Source: the human T2T-CHM13v2.0 reference genome, Homo sapiens
Direction: 5' to 3' (one strand)
DNA length: 64,000 nucleotides
NCBI RefSeq assembly: GCF_009914755.1
Contig: NC_060947.1
Shown: one piece after another, positions 1-14,650 of the stretch
Numbering within the stretch: position 1 is the first letter of the stretch
How the letters are laid out: each line of letters begins with the position of its first letter
Made by a program: the position numbers and the translations under genes
Notes under the pieces: generated by a model
What the model was told of the DNA's origin: nothing
Databases searched by the model: none
The model's input: the letters and a program-made list of their open reading frames with translations, nothing else

Positions 1-75
1 ATTGCACCACTGCACTCCAGCTTGGGCGACAGAGCAAGACGACTCCGTCTAAAAAAAAAAAAAAAAAAAAAAAAA
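1..75 (+). mobile_element. Alu 3' end with poly(A), cut by the window edge
   Basis: CACCACTGCACTCCAGCTTGGGCGACAGAGCAAGAC followed by an A-tract of about 25 nt. Confidence 0.95.
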
Positions 76-2740
76 TATGAGATTGGAACACCTTTTCAGC
101 TGAAAAGTAAGGAAGTGAACATAGAATAATGGAAACATTAAAAAAAAAAAAAACCCACAGGAGCCAGCTTAACAGAGCCCCCACTGACCAAATGTGGGAA
201 CATTCAAACATTAAGTTTAAATAAGAGTTCTGATGACAACAAAAATAGAGTAAGCCCACTAAAAACTATCTCTTCTTTTGTATTCAATCAATAACTCTGT
301 AAAAAAATTCAAAAGCAACTACCTGAGGACTCAGAAAAATAAACAAAAACAGATTGAAAGGGAAATCAAAACTTAGAGAAGTAACCTATATGGGAATGAG
401 GTTCCCTTTTTTTTTCCTCTCTTTTCTCTAGTAGCTTTGCCCCAGGCAGGACTCAGTCACTTAGCTGCATGGTGGTAGCCCAGGAGTGGTTTAATCCTTA
501 TGGAAACCCAATCTTTCCAGCCAGAGTAACTGACAAAAGGAGTCTCTATGGTCTCCCTAATGTAGGGGAAATACAGTTTTCCCTCCCTTTTTTGTCTCCT
601 GGCTTTGTCTGGAGAAGACTCTAGTCAGAGAGCTTTGATAGTATGAGCACTAAAATTTTGAAGAAACCTTTTCTTTCTGGCCAGCAGACCAGAAAAAGAG
701 GACTTTGTGGACCAGAAAGCATGAAAGGGAACCCCATAGAGTAGACAGCTGGTAAAAGGTTTTCTTAATTCTGCGTTTAAACCTGAAAAAGTGCCAGTCT
801 TAATGCTGAGCTTTAAGTAAACAGGACAGACTTCAAGAAGCATAGAAAAGCTTTAGAAAATTTAATGTATTTAAACATCCATCCAAGTCAGAGACCATGC
901 CCTGAATGACATGTGTGTGGGACAGACTCAAAGCAGCGTAGCCAAGGTTATGAAAACAAAATACATTGAATCCACTCACCACAGAGGCAAGACTGAACTC
1001 TAAGTCTGAATTTAACTGGGTTTTCAATGCCTACTAAATCAAACAAGTAAACAAAATCAGCATTCTCAAGCAGATTTTAACAAGATCTAAAATCTACAAA
1101 ATATAAAACTCAGAATATCCAGGATACAATTTAAAATTGCTTGACATAAAATATATCCAGAAAAAAGACTAACAGATACCAACCTCAAATTACCAAGATG
1201 TTGCAACTGTCAGCCAAAGCTTCTAAAGCAGCTACTGTTTTTTTTTTTTTTAATTTTTTTTTTTTTTATTATACTCTAAGTTTTAGGGTACATGTGCACA
1301 TTGTGCAGGTTAGTTACATTTGTATACATGTGCCATGCTGGTGCGCTGCACCCACTAACGTGTCATCTAGCATTAGGTATATCTCCCAATGCTATCCCTC
1401 CCCCCTCCCCCGACCCCACCACAGTCCCCAGAGTGTGATATTCCCCTTCCTGTGTCCATGTGATCTCATTGTTCAATTCCCACCTATGAGTGAGAATATG
1501 CGGTGTTTGGTTTTTTGTTCTTGCGATAGTTTACTGAGAATGATGGTTTCCAATTTCATCCATGTCCCTACAAAGGACATGAACTCATCATTTTTTATGG
1601 CTGCATAGTATTCCATGGTGTATATGTGCCACATTTTCTTAATCCAGTCTATCATTGTTGGACATTTGGGTTGGTTCCAAGTCTTTGCTATTGTGAATAG
1701 TGCCGCAATAAACATACGTGTGCATGTGTCTTTATAGCAGCATGATTTATAGTCCTTTGGGTATATACCCAGTAATGGGATGGCTGGGTCAAATGGTATT
1801 TCTAGTTCTAGATCCCTGAGGAATCGCCACACTGACTTCCTGTTGGTGGGACTGTAAACTAGTTCAACCATTGTAAAGCAGCTACTGTTACAATACTCTA
1901 TGTAGTAATGAATAGAAATTAATGGAAATATGGATGCTCTCAAAGGAAAAATAAATTATTAAAAATTGAAAATTTTAGGACAGAAAAATACAATATCTAA
2001 ATTTAAAAAATATATAGCATAGGCTTAATAACAAAGTAGAGATGACAGAGGAAAGAGTCAATTTGAAGATGAATCGATAGAAATTATTCAAACCAAAGAA
2101 TAGAAACACTGAGGAAAAATGAACAATGCCTCAAGAACCTGTGGGATTCAGCCAAATTACAGAAAATTTGTGCCATTAGAGTCCCAAAGGGAGAGGAGAA
2201 AAAGACGGGTTGGTGCAGAAAGAAAATTTGAACAAAAATGGGCAATGATTGCCCCAATTTGGTGAAAGAAAAATTTAGAGATTCAAGAAATTCAGCAAAC
2301 CTCGAACAGGATAAACTCAAGGAAAACCATGCCCAGACACATTATAATCAAATTGCCAACACTGGCAATAAAAAGTAATGAACTATTGATACACATAATG
2401 ACATGGAAGAATCCTAAAATAATTAAGTTGAGTTAAAGAAGCCACACAGAAAGAGTACATACTACGTGTCCATTTATATAGAATTTTAGAAACTGCAAAC
2501 TAATCTACAGTGGCAGAAAGAACAGCAGTGATTGCTGGGGACAATCATGAGTGGGGTGGTGCAGATGAAAAGGGTTATTAAATGGGAAGAAGAGAAGTTG
2601 AGGTGCAGTGGATATGTTGATTATCTAGATAGTAGTGATAATTTCACAAATATACATATATATGTCAAAACATCACATTGTACATTTTAAATATATATAG
2701 TTTATGTTTGTCAATTGTATCCAGTAAAGCTGTTGTTAAA
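76..2740 (+). mobile_element. Ancient L1M-type LINE fragments (5'/ORF1-like and 3'UTR-like pieces), interrupted by the L1HS
   Basis: A-rich decayed L1 ORF1-like sequence at about 1950-2360 (GAACCTGTGGGA...GTCCCAAAGGGAGAGGAG...CCAGACACATTATAATCAAATTG) and L1M 3'UTR-like sequence at about 2365-2740; subfamily uncertain. Confidence 0.65.
1240..1873 (-). mobile_element. L1HS pre-Ta LINE-1, 5'-truncated with a short 5' inversion
   Basis: Minus strand reads GCTAGATGACACGTTAGTGGG (ACG diagnostic) and CTTAGAGTATAA (G diagnostic). ORF2 C-terminus (...[19 protein letters not shown]) is in ORF 1473..1943. 16-bp TSD TAAAGCAGCTACTGTT at 1224-1239 and 1874-1889; inverted piece at 1841-1873. Confidence 0.93.
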
Positions 2741-2982
2741 AATTGTAAGATGTAGCTAAAGTAGTGCTTAGAGGAAGATTTATGGCATTAATTACTTATT
2801 TTAGAAAGTAAGGACGGTCTCAAATCAGTAATCTAAACCTCTACTCTTAGAAACTAGAAATGAAGAGCAAATTAAACCCAGTGCAAGCAGAAGAAAGAAA
2901 ATAAGAAAGTTCAGAGCACAAATTATTAAGATTAAAAATAGGAGAACTGTAGAGGAAAACCAGTGTGTTCCAAAGCTCATTC

Positions 2983-3277
<295 letters not shown>

Positions 3278-3546
3278 CCCCAAAGCTCATTCTTTTACAA
3301 AAGTAATGAAATTGACAAACTGCCAGGAAGACAATCAATTTAAAAAGAGAGAAAACTCAAATTACCAGTATCAGTTATTAAAGAAGTAGAATCACTGCAA
3401 AACCTGTAGACATTAAAAAATTATTTCTATCAATTCAACAACTTATATGAAATGAACCAATTCTCTTAAACATATAAACTCCCAAAGATTGCATATGAAA
3501 AAATGGTTAAACTGTTTAAATAGCTTAACTCTCGTTAAAAGCCTTC

Positions 3547-4656
3547 AGTGAAGAGAAGACCCACAGAAGGGGAGAAAAATGTTTGCAAACTACCTATCTG
3601 ACAAGGCATTAATAGCTAGAATATATAAGGAGCTCAAACAACTCCATAGAAAAAAGTCTAATAATCCAATAAAAAATGGGCTAAATATTTGAATAGACAT
3701 TAAACAGGCATATGAGAAGGTGCTCAACATCACTGATCATCAGAGACAAGCAAATCAAAACTACAAATTAAACTACAATCTCGCCCCAGTTAAAATGACT
3801 TGTGTCCAAAAGACAGGCAATAACAAATGCTGGTGAGGATGTGGAGAAAAGGGAACCCCTGTATACCGTTGGTGGGAATGTAAATTAGTACAACTCCATT
3901 AGTATGGGGAACAGTTTGGAGGTTCCTCGATAAACTAAAAATTGAGCTGCTATATGATCTAGCAATCCCACTGCTGGGAATATACACAAAAGAAAGGAAA
4001 TCAGCATGTAAAGAGTTATCTGTACTCCCATGTTTGCTGCAGCACTGTTCACAATAGCCAAGGTTTGGAAGCAACCTAAATGTCCACCAACAGATGAATG
4101 GATAAAGAAAAGGTAGTACTTGTACACAATGGAGTACTATTTAGCCATAAAAAAGGAGAAGATTCAGTAATTTTCAACAACATGAATGGAACTGGGGGTC
4201 ATTATGTTAAGTGAAATAATCCAGACACAGGAAGACAAACGTCAGATGTTCTCACTTATTTGTGAAATCTAAAAATCAAAACAATTGAACCCATTGAGAT
4301 AGAGAGTAGAAGGACGGTTACCAGAAGCTGGGAAGGGTAGTGGGGGGGGATGGGTGGTAGTGGGAAAGGTTAATGAGAACAAAAAATGGCTAGAAAGAAT
4401 GGATAAGACTTAGTGTTTGATAGCACAACAGTGTGACTATAGTCAATAAAAACTTAATTGTACATTTTAAAATAACTTAAAGAGTATAATTGGATTGTTT
4501 GTAAGTCAATGCATAAATGCTTGAGGGGACAGATATCCCATTCTTCATGATGTGATTATTATGCATTGTATACCTATATCTAAACATCTCAGGTACCCTG
4601 TAAATATATACACACTATGTACCTACAGCAATTAAAAATTAAAAATTAGAAAAAAT
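3547..4656 (+). mobile_element. L1MA-type LINE 3' end nested in an older L1
   Basis: ORF2 C-terminal-like sequence plus an L1MA-style 3'UTR (GATAGCACAACAGTGTGACTATAGTCAATAA) and an A-rich tail; flanking TTAAAAGC(C)TTC direct repeat. Confidence 0.8.
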
Positions 4657-5101
4657 TTAAAAGCTTCTAAAAATCTCCATGCCTGGATAGCTTCACTGGC
4701 AAATTCTACTGTACATTTCGGGAAGAAAAAAATAAGAATTCTATACAACCTCTCCCAGAAAATAGAAGCAAAAGAATACATTTATATCATGTTATGAGAC
4801 CAGGATTACCCTGATAATAAAACCGGAGACCTTATAATCAAGAAAATTAGGGATCAATTGCTTCATTAATATAGATGCAAAAATAATCAAGATATATTAA
4901 CAAATTTAGTTCAGCAATATATAAAAGGGATAATACATTCTGATATAGCGGGCCCAACATTAAAAAATCAATTAATGTTGATTAATTGATCATCTCAATA
5001 GACTAAAGAATATAATAACCATATGATCATCTCAATTTTGGATTAGTTGATACAGAAAAGACATTTGGCAAAAATGAACTCCAAGATAAAAACGATCAAT
5101 T

Positions 5102-5716
<615 letters not shown>

Positions 5717-6044
5717 GATTAAAATTCACCCAGAAAACTCAGAATGGAAGGGAAGTTCCTCAACTTGATAAAGGGGATCTACAATTATCCTTAAGCAGAC
5801 GTTGTACTTTATGGTGAAAGATTGAATGACTTCACCTGAAGTTCAAGAATAAGATCAGGATATCCACTTTCACCACTCTTATTCAACATCATACTGCAGG
5901 TCCTAGCCAGTGTAGTAACATAAGAAAAATTAATGAAATGCACACTGGAAAGAAAAGAACAGAACTGTTTTGGTTTGAAGATGACATAATTGTCTACACA
6001 GAAAATCCCAAGGGATCTACAAAGACGCTCCTAGAAATAATACA

Positions 6045-6570
6045 GTAGCCTGCTTCTGAAATGGCCCCCAATAGTCCCTGCCACAATGATCCCCTCCCTT
6101 TTGGTGTGAGAATAGAGCAGAAGTGATTGGATGCTACTTCTGAGATTACGTTATAAAAGACTGTGACTTCCATCTTGCTTGCACTTTCTCTCTTGCTGGC
6201 ATTCTCTCTTGCTCATTCACTTTCTTGTTCTGATGAAGCAAGCTGCCATGTTGTAAACTGTCCTATAGAGAGGCCCACATGGCAAGGAATTGAGAGAAGC
6301 CTCCCACATCCAATGTGGGTCCCAGGCCTTCAATCCAAAAGCCAGCAAATTATATGAGCTGCATGAGTGAACATAGAAGTGGATTTTTCTCCAGATGAGC
6401 CTTAAGGTGGCTGCAACCTGGCTGACACCTTGATTGCAGCCTATGAAACATGCTGAAGAAGAGGATATGCTGTGACCCAATGCCTGATTCACAGAAACTG
6501 TGAAATAATGAATGTTTTTATAAGCTACTAATTTGGGGGATAATTTGCTATGCATTCACAGATAACTAAA
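6045..6570 (+). mobile_element. MaLR solo LTR (MLT1E/F-like)
   Basis: GAAGCAAGCTGCCATGTTGT, CACAGAAACTGTGAAATAAT and the terminal TAAGCTACTAATTTGGGGGATAATTTGCTATGCA...GATAACTAA are typical of MLT1 LTRs. Confidence 0.8.
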
Positions 6571-7692
6571 ATAATTATTAAGTGAGTTTAGCAAGCTCTT
6601 AGGATGCAAAGCCCATATGCACAAATAAATTGTGTTTCTATATAGTAGTGGTGGAAATTGGAAGTCAAAGTTTCAAAGAGTACCATTTATAATATCATAA
6701 AAAATCATAAAATTATAAATGTAAATCTACCAAATTATGTGCAGGAGCTGTATGCTGCAAACTTCAAAATACTGATGAAATAAATTAAAGACCCAAATAA
6801 ATGGAGAGATATATCCTGATTATGGATTAGAAGAAGAATCAATATTATTAAGATGTCAGTTTGCCCCCAAATGATCTGTAGATTCAACACAATTGCAACC
6901 AAAACTCTCAGCAGGTTTTTTTAATCAAAAAGCTGATCCTAAAATTTATGCAGAAAGGCAAAAGAACTACAATAGCTGAAACAGTTTTGAAAAACAGCAC
7001 AATTGGAGAACTCATAATACTGGAATTTAGGACTTACTGTCAAGCTACAGTAATCAAGAAGAATGGTATTGTTGGAAAGAAAAGTGCATATATGAATGGA
7101 CATAAATAGAGGATCCAGAAATCAACAAATATAATCAATTAATATTTTTACTAAAAGGCATTTCAATGGAGAAAGAATAGTCTTTTCAACAAATGTTGGA
7201 AATCCACATTCAGAAAAAAAACCTGAATTCATATTTTACACCTTCTACAAAAATAAACTCAAAATGGAATATAGAGCTAAATTTAAAATGCAAAACTACT
7301 AAACTTCTGGAAGAAAACAGAAGAAAATCTTTAATGATATTGGGTTAGGCCAAGAGCTCTTACCTATGATGTCAAAAACCACAAGCCATAAAAAGAATGG
7401 GTAAATTGGACTTCATCAAAATTAAAAGCTTTTGCTCTTTGAACAACAGGATTGAGCCAATGAAGAAAAGCCACAGATTGATAAAGAATATTCAGCAGTA
7501 ACATATTCAGTAAACGATTTGTATCCTGAATAGATAAAGAACTCTCAAAACTCAAAATAAGAAAAATGGCTAATTAAAAATAAGAAGTTATTTGAACAGA
7601 CACTTCACCAAGGAAGATATGTAGCTATCAAATAAATAGACAATAAAATGTCAAAAAAAAACCACACAAAACAACAACAACAACAAACCACT

Positions 7693-7982
7693 TGCTGAGT
7701 GTGGTGCCTCACACCTGCAATCCCAGCACCTTGGAATGCGGAGGCAGGAGGATCGCTTGAGCCCAGGAGTTTGAGACCAGCCTGGGCAGCATGGCAAAAC
7801 CCTGTCTCTATAAAAAATACAAAATTAGCTGGGCATGGTGGTGTGTGCCTGTAGTCCCAGCTACTTGGAGGCTGAGGTGGGAGGATGGCTTGAGTCCAGA
7901 GCCCAGGAAGTTGAGGATGCAGTGAGCCGAGGTCACACCACTGCACTCCAGCCTGGTTGACAGAGCAAGTCCATGTCTCAAA

Positions 7983-8012
<30 letters not shown>
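7693..8012 (+). mobile_element. AluJ-type element
   Basis: GGAGGATCGCTTGAGCCCAGGAGTTTGAGACCAGCCTGGGC J-type left arm; long poly(A). Confidence 0.9.
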
Positions 8013-8013
<1 letters not shown>

Positions 8014-9039
8014 CAGTACTTAGGAGTCTTACAGTAGAGAGGCTCAAAAGCAGACAGTTACCCTGAAATATGGCAAATAGGATGAAAGAGAATTGTAGGA
8101 TCAAAAAAGGTGGTCAATTTAGTGTCAGAAAGCTTCCCAGAGGAAGTGACATCTAAGTGGGGATCTAAAAGATATGCAGGAATTAATCTCATTACAACCT
8201 GAGTGACAGAGTAAGACACTGTTAAAAAACAAAAACAACAAAAAAACAAAAACAAAAAAAGCATTTGTAGTAATTAACCAAAAGGATAGTAATCATATAT
8301 CTTTAAGGAAAAAAATAAAAAATCATTGCTAGTCTAAATCTATTTTCATTATAAACCGAAAGCAACCTCAAATTGCCCCTTACCATTACATGATATTTCA
8401 ATATATATGTTTTCATTCGTAGAGCTATTTGCAGATTAAAGCTAGGTTATAAATATGAGCTCATTCAATTCCTATACAGATAACAGACTTTAAGGCTGAA
8501 GTTAGGTGATCATGAAGACTTGAACTTTTAAACATTCTTATTGGTTTAGGAGCTCAGATCACACCCATTTTCCTTGTGGCCGATTGGCATGTTTTTGTCT
8601 GAGTTGACGCATCTGTGTGTAAGTGCAACTACCTCAAGAAATGGCTAACTTAAACGGTACCTTCAGAGGCACTGAAACGTGAATTATCATTCTACCCCAT
8701 CATTGCATTTCAACTAACAATGAACTCTTGAAAAAAAAGATGATAAAGAGTTTTGCTTCTGCTAAATTCTACTTGAAAACACTGAACCTCTAACTGTCAT
8801 TGTTCAAATAATTTTTTTCCGGCTTTCTTTTCCCATCCTGTTATCCTGTCATTGTATGTGTATTTGAGGTATCACATTTAATCTGTTCTGTCTTCTATTA
8901 CTTTGAAGAAATTAGATATATATCTCTAATCTTTGTAAATAAATCAGTTACATAAAGATATATTATTCAGCTGTCAACACTGTCTAGAGGCAAGTCTTTA
9001 AGAAAGTTGTGTATAATTATTCGTATGTAGCTTTGCAGG

Positions 9040-9930
9040 AAATGACAATAATCATAGCTAACAGTTGTTATTCCTTACGTGCCAGGCACTGTTTTAAGCA
9101 CTTTACATGTATTTCATCATTTAATTCTCGCAAACCATATGAGTTAGATTCTGTTGTCATCTGTAGTTTACATACAATAGAATAGAGGAAGAGGTCTATT
9201 TGGTAATTCACAGAAGGACACATAATTCGTATATTGTAGAGTAGGAATTTTAAACTGAGGCTCTGTGGCTTTTGAACCAATGTTTTTAAACACTGCAATA
9301 GATAACAAAGAAGATATTTCCCTCTTTGTCAAAGAAACTAAACCTAAGTAAATACCTACAAAGAAAGGTAGCAGACACAATAAAAACACCAACGTGTCCA
9401 GTTTTAATCAGATAGTAAGTTCATACACATAAAAGGGGGAGGTAGTGAGACTGAAGATGTATGAAATTATTGGACTAGAGTTGGGTAAAGATAGTTCAGG
9501 AAGACTTCACAGAGATGGTGAGACTGGTTAAATTTTGAAGAGCAAGGTTTCATTAGAATTTGAGTGCATTAACATGTCAAGAGCTTAGCAGTTGTTATCA
9601 TTGTATTTTATTTTATTTTTATTTTTGTGGAGATGGGGTTTTGCTATGTTGCCCAGGCTGGTCTCAGACTCCTGGCTCAAGGTTATTTTAAATTCTCACA
9701 AAAACATAACATTATAGACATGAAAAGTGAAGATCATTCATTTGGCAATTATTTATTGAGCACCTACAGTATACCAAGCACACATCTAGGTTCTGTGTCT
9801 GGTGCACAAAACAAATTTTTGCCTTCATGCAGCTTACTTATTTCTCATTTAGGCAATAACTTGCCCAGGGTCACATGATTAGACTACTAGACAGCAAAGT
9901 CAGAATTGGAACCTAGATCTAGCTGATTAT
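9040..9930. mobile_element. MIR and L2 remnants with a short Alu monomer fragment (about 9600-9680)
   Basis: GTGCCAGGCACTGTTTTAAGCACTTTACATG (MIR), CATTCATT..TATTTATTGAGCACCTAC (L2), TAACTTGCCCAGGGTCACA (MIR). Confidence 0.65.
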
Positions 9931-12369
9931 AACACATATTTTTATTTGTCATTATAGCATTTCAACACTCATAGTTTACATTTAAAAGGCAGGAGAAGAT
10001 TTTGGGGGAGAATGAGGGACATGTAAACTTGATTAGAGGAAAATTAAAACTCAAATTGTTCCCTAGAATACCAAGAAGGTAAGTATGCTGTTTAAAGAAA
10101 TGCTTCAAAATTGGCAGAAATGAAGGTAATTTTGTGAATTGGATCAGTGCCTCAACTGTTCATTTGGTGTCATTTGAGTACTTACTTCATAATATGCTTC
10201 AAAATGATTATTTAAAAATAATTAGGCCTTTGGGTGTCATTAAGGTACTTAGTTCACAGTATGCTTCAAAATGATTACTCTTGCTTCCATAAATATATAA
10301 CTTTTTTGCAGTCATGTATTTCCACAATGACCTCTGATCTCTAGTTTGAAAATATTTTCTTGCTGTAATTTTCTTCACCCTTCAAATTCCTACTCACTCC
10401 AAATTTCTGGAAAGATCTGCTATGGTAAGATTCTTACCTGGGCTCTACTTTTCATTAAAATAGAAAACAAAAACAAAAAGGAAATAACAACTATAAAACG
10501 GAACTAATTTCAAAAAGACTAAGACCGTTAAACTTAAGAGATGCAAACTGATACCTGGGAGCAGACATATCAGATATATAACAGCATCTTCAAATTGCTA
10601 ATGCAAGTGAGCATACACCATTAAATTTATTAAAGTTCAGACACTTTTTAATATAATGATACAGAAACTCTCAGACTTTAGATATTTAGACAATGAATAA
10701 GTTAGAATGAAATAAAGCACTTAAATCAGTAATTTTTGGATTTAATACCTTAGACAGCACATGTTTATTTTAGTACAACAAAGGCATGCACAAATCAGAA
10801 AAATATTCAAATATATTTGAAAATGTATTATGTAATTTGTGAAAATCTCAGTATCTCTTATGCAATAAGCTGCATTTTTACTTACAGCATTATTATTTTT
10901 TCTTGCTATTCTTAGAATATCTTCAGATCCCCTTCCAAGCCACCTAGTAAATGTTCTCCAGGTACCTTTTGATTCTCTCAAAAGAAAAGCGCATGCCTTC
11001 TGGTCCACTGTACCAGAATTTTAAGGCTCATGATCAATAACTAATTGATTAGTGCAATTCACCGAAGACTATCATAAACAAAGAGTAGCTGACATAGCTC
11101 TGTACATAAACACAGAGTAGCTGACAAAGCTCCATTTTTGCATACAGATTGGCAAAATTCCCAAGGGGCATTATAATGTTGCATTTAGTTAGCTACCACT
11201 GAAGTCACAATATCACCCTATTTCTCTCCCAACAGAACGCAACCACAGATGTTCCCATCCTCTGTTACCAGCCTAGCACCCCTTCTTTTTGTCACTCCCA
11301 GTTGAATTGCTAGTCGGCTTCATCCACAGTCAATTTTCGGAACCCAAGAAATTGTTTCAAAATATTTCTAAGTTCCATAGTAGCAATTAGATCTTCTAGG
11401 CTCATCTAAAAAAAAAACTTGTATTATTATGTAATATTTGATAACTATTAAAAATACATGATTCAGGACAAGATGGAGTAGACTCACTTTTCCCTGCTGA
11501 TCTCCTCTAAATACAACCAAATACCCTTATAAATAATTTGATAGACATTTATAAAAAACACTCTGAAAATGCAAAGAAGATGAACTGGCTGGGGAACTCA
11601 ATACTTGAAGAATGACACTCTAGTGACTTCCCTGTGGTTTTTTTTTATCTCCAGTACCCTCTCTGGGTACTGGAGAGGCCTGTAACTCAGGATCACCAAC
11701 AGTTGTAGACAAAAACCAAAGAAACCAAAGCAGGAACTTAGAAAAAGACTCATATCCAGTGACAGGGTGGGCCCATCTCCCAATAGCAGTGGAAACAGTC
11801 CTGGGCACAAGACAATGCATTCCCCCTAAGATTAAGAATAAGGCAAGGATATCAATGTTCACCACTGTTATACAACATAGGACTGAAAGTTGTTTTAAGT
11901 CACCAAGTTTGTGGTAATTTCTTACAGCAGTCATAGGAAACTAATACATTTGTCTTCCTTTGTTGAGTAGCCATTGCAATAAGGCAAAAAGAGGCATATA
12001 TATTAGAAAGAAAGAAGTAAAACAGTTCCCATATGCACATGATGTAATTGTTTTTGTAGAACATCTCAAAGAACCTACAAAGAAACTCCTAGAATTAATG
12101 AGTTCAACAAAGTCACAAGGGTATAAAATCAATGCACAGAAGTCAATGACATTTTTATATTAACAATGATCATATGGAAACTCAAAATAAAATTCAATAT
12201 TATTTACTATCACTTAAAATACTCAGGTCTAAACATAATAAAATATGTGCGGAATTTATAGTTAACATTACAAAATGTTGATGCATGAAATCAAAGACCT
12301 AAATAAATCAAGAGGCATACCCTGTTCATGGATTGGAAGAGTCAACATAGTAAAGATATCAGTTCTTCC

Positions 12370-12752
12370 TCTATTAGTTTGTTAGAGCTGCCATAACAAA
12401 CTACCACTTACTGGGTGGCTTAAACAACAGAGTTATTTTATCACAGTTTTGGAGGCTAGAAGTCAGAGGTCAAAATGTCGGTAGGATTGCTTTCTTCTAA
12501 GGTCTTTCTCCTTGGCTTTGTAGATGGCCATGTTCTTCTTGTGACTTACACATGGTCTTCCCTCAGTACTGTGTCCACTTTTCTTCTTCTTAAAGGATAC
12601 TAGTCATATTGGATTAGGGCCCACCCTAATAACCTCATTTTAACTTAATTACCTCTCTAAAGGCACTACCTCTAACTACAGCCACATTCTGAGGTACTGG
12701 GGTTAGGACTTCAACATATGAATTTTAGGGGGACACAATTCAGCTCACAACA
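12370..12752 (-). mobile_element. MaLR solo LTR (MLT1A/B-like)
   Basis: TATTAGTTTGTTAGAGCTGCCATAACAAACTACCAC ... GGGGACACAATTCAGCTCACAACA. Confidence 0.85.
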
Positions 12753-13415
12753 CTTCTCAAATTTATTTAATGCAATTCCTACCAAAACTCCAAAAAGGAT
12801 TTTAAGACATGATCAAGCTTGTTTTAAAATTTATATAGAAAGACACAGGTAGGTCCTTGAAGAACTAAAATAACCTTGAAAAAGAATGCATTAAGAGGAA
12901 TCACTGTACCTGATATTAAGGATTACAAGACAGCTGCAGTAATCAAGATAATATCATATTTGCAGAGGAAGGGACACATAGATCAATGGAACAGAACAAA
13001 GAATTCAGAAATATACCCACATAAATATGTCCAATTGATTTTTGACAAAGGTGCAAAAGTAATTCAATAGAGGAACAAATGGTGCCAAAGAAAATGGTCC
13101 TCCATAGGTAAAAACAAATGAACTTTGATCTAACTTGATACCTATACAAAAATTAAAACAGACCATAGACTTAAATGTACAATGTAAAACTATAAAACTT
13201 TTAGAAAAAAAAAACACAAAATTTTCAGAATCTAGGGCTTGGGGTAGTTCTTAGATTTGACAGCAAAAGCCCAATCCATAAAATGTAAAAATGTGTAAAT
13301 TGGACTTTATCAAAATGAAAAACTTTTGCTCTGCAAAAGAGCCCTTTAAAGGAATTGGAAAACCATCTACAGGGTGAGAGAAATATTTGTAAATGATACA
13401 TCCAACAAAAGAAGA

Positions 13416-14213
<798 letters not shown>

Positions 14214-14416
14214 AACTGGTATATAGAACATATAAATAATTCTCAAATTTCAACAGGAAAAAACTAAATTTTATTTAGATAATGAGCAAAAGACCAAAAA
14301 ACACATTTCATTGTACAGAATATAAAAGATGTTTGACATGAGTTATTAGACATTAAGGAAATGCAAATTTAAACCACAATGAAGTTTTGTAAATCCCAAA
14401 ACTTTAAGAGGATAGC

Positions 14417-14650
14417 ATGAGACCAGGAGTTTGAGGACAGCCTGGGCAACATTGCAAGATCCTATGTCTACAAAACTTAAAAAAAAATAGCTGAATGTGG
14501 GGGTGTGTGCCTGTAGCCCCAACTACTTGGGAGGCTGAGGCAGGAGGATTGCTTGAGTCCACGAGTTTAAGATTACAGTGAAGGGATCAAATCACTACAC
14601 TCCAACCTGGGCAACAGAGCAAGACCTTATCTCAAAAAACCATACAAAAC
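14417..14650 (+). mobile_element. 5'-truncated AluJ
   Basis: CCAGGAGTTTGAGGACAGCCTGGGCAAC...GCAACAGAGCAAGACC. Confidence 0.8.

Noticed and set aside
1473-1943. 156-aa ORF with a novel-looking N-terminus
   Set aside because: It is a chimera of flanking DNA, the inverted L1 piece and the ORF2 C-terminus, created by the insertion.
10886-10961. Possible small exons (plus 10916-10961; minus 10943-10886)
   Set aside because: Each has only one good splice site, neither preserves the frame, and the peptides are unrecognisable.
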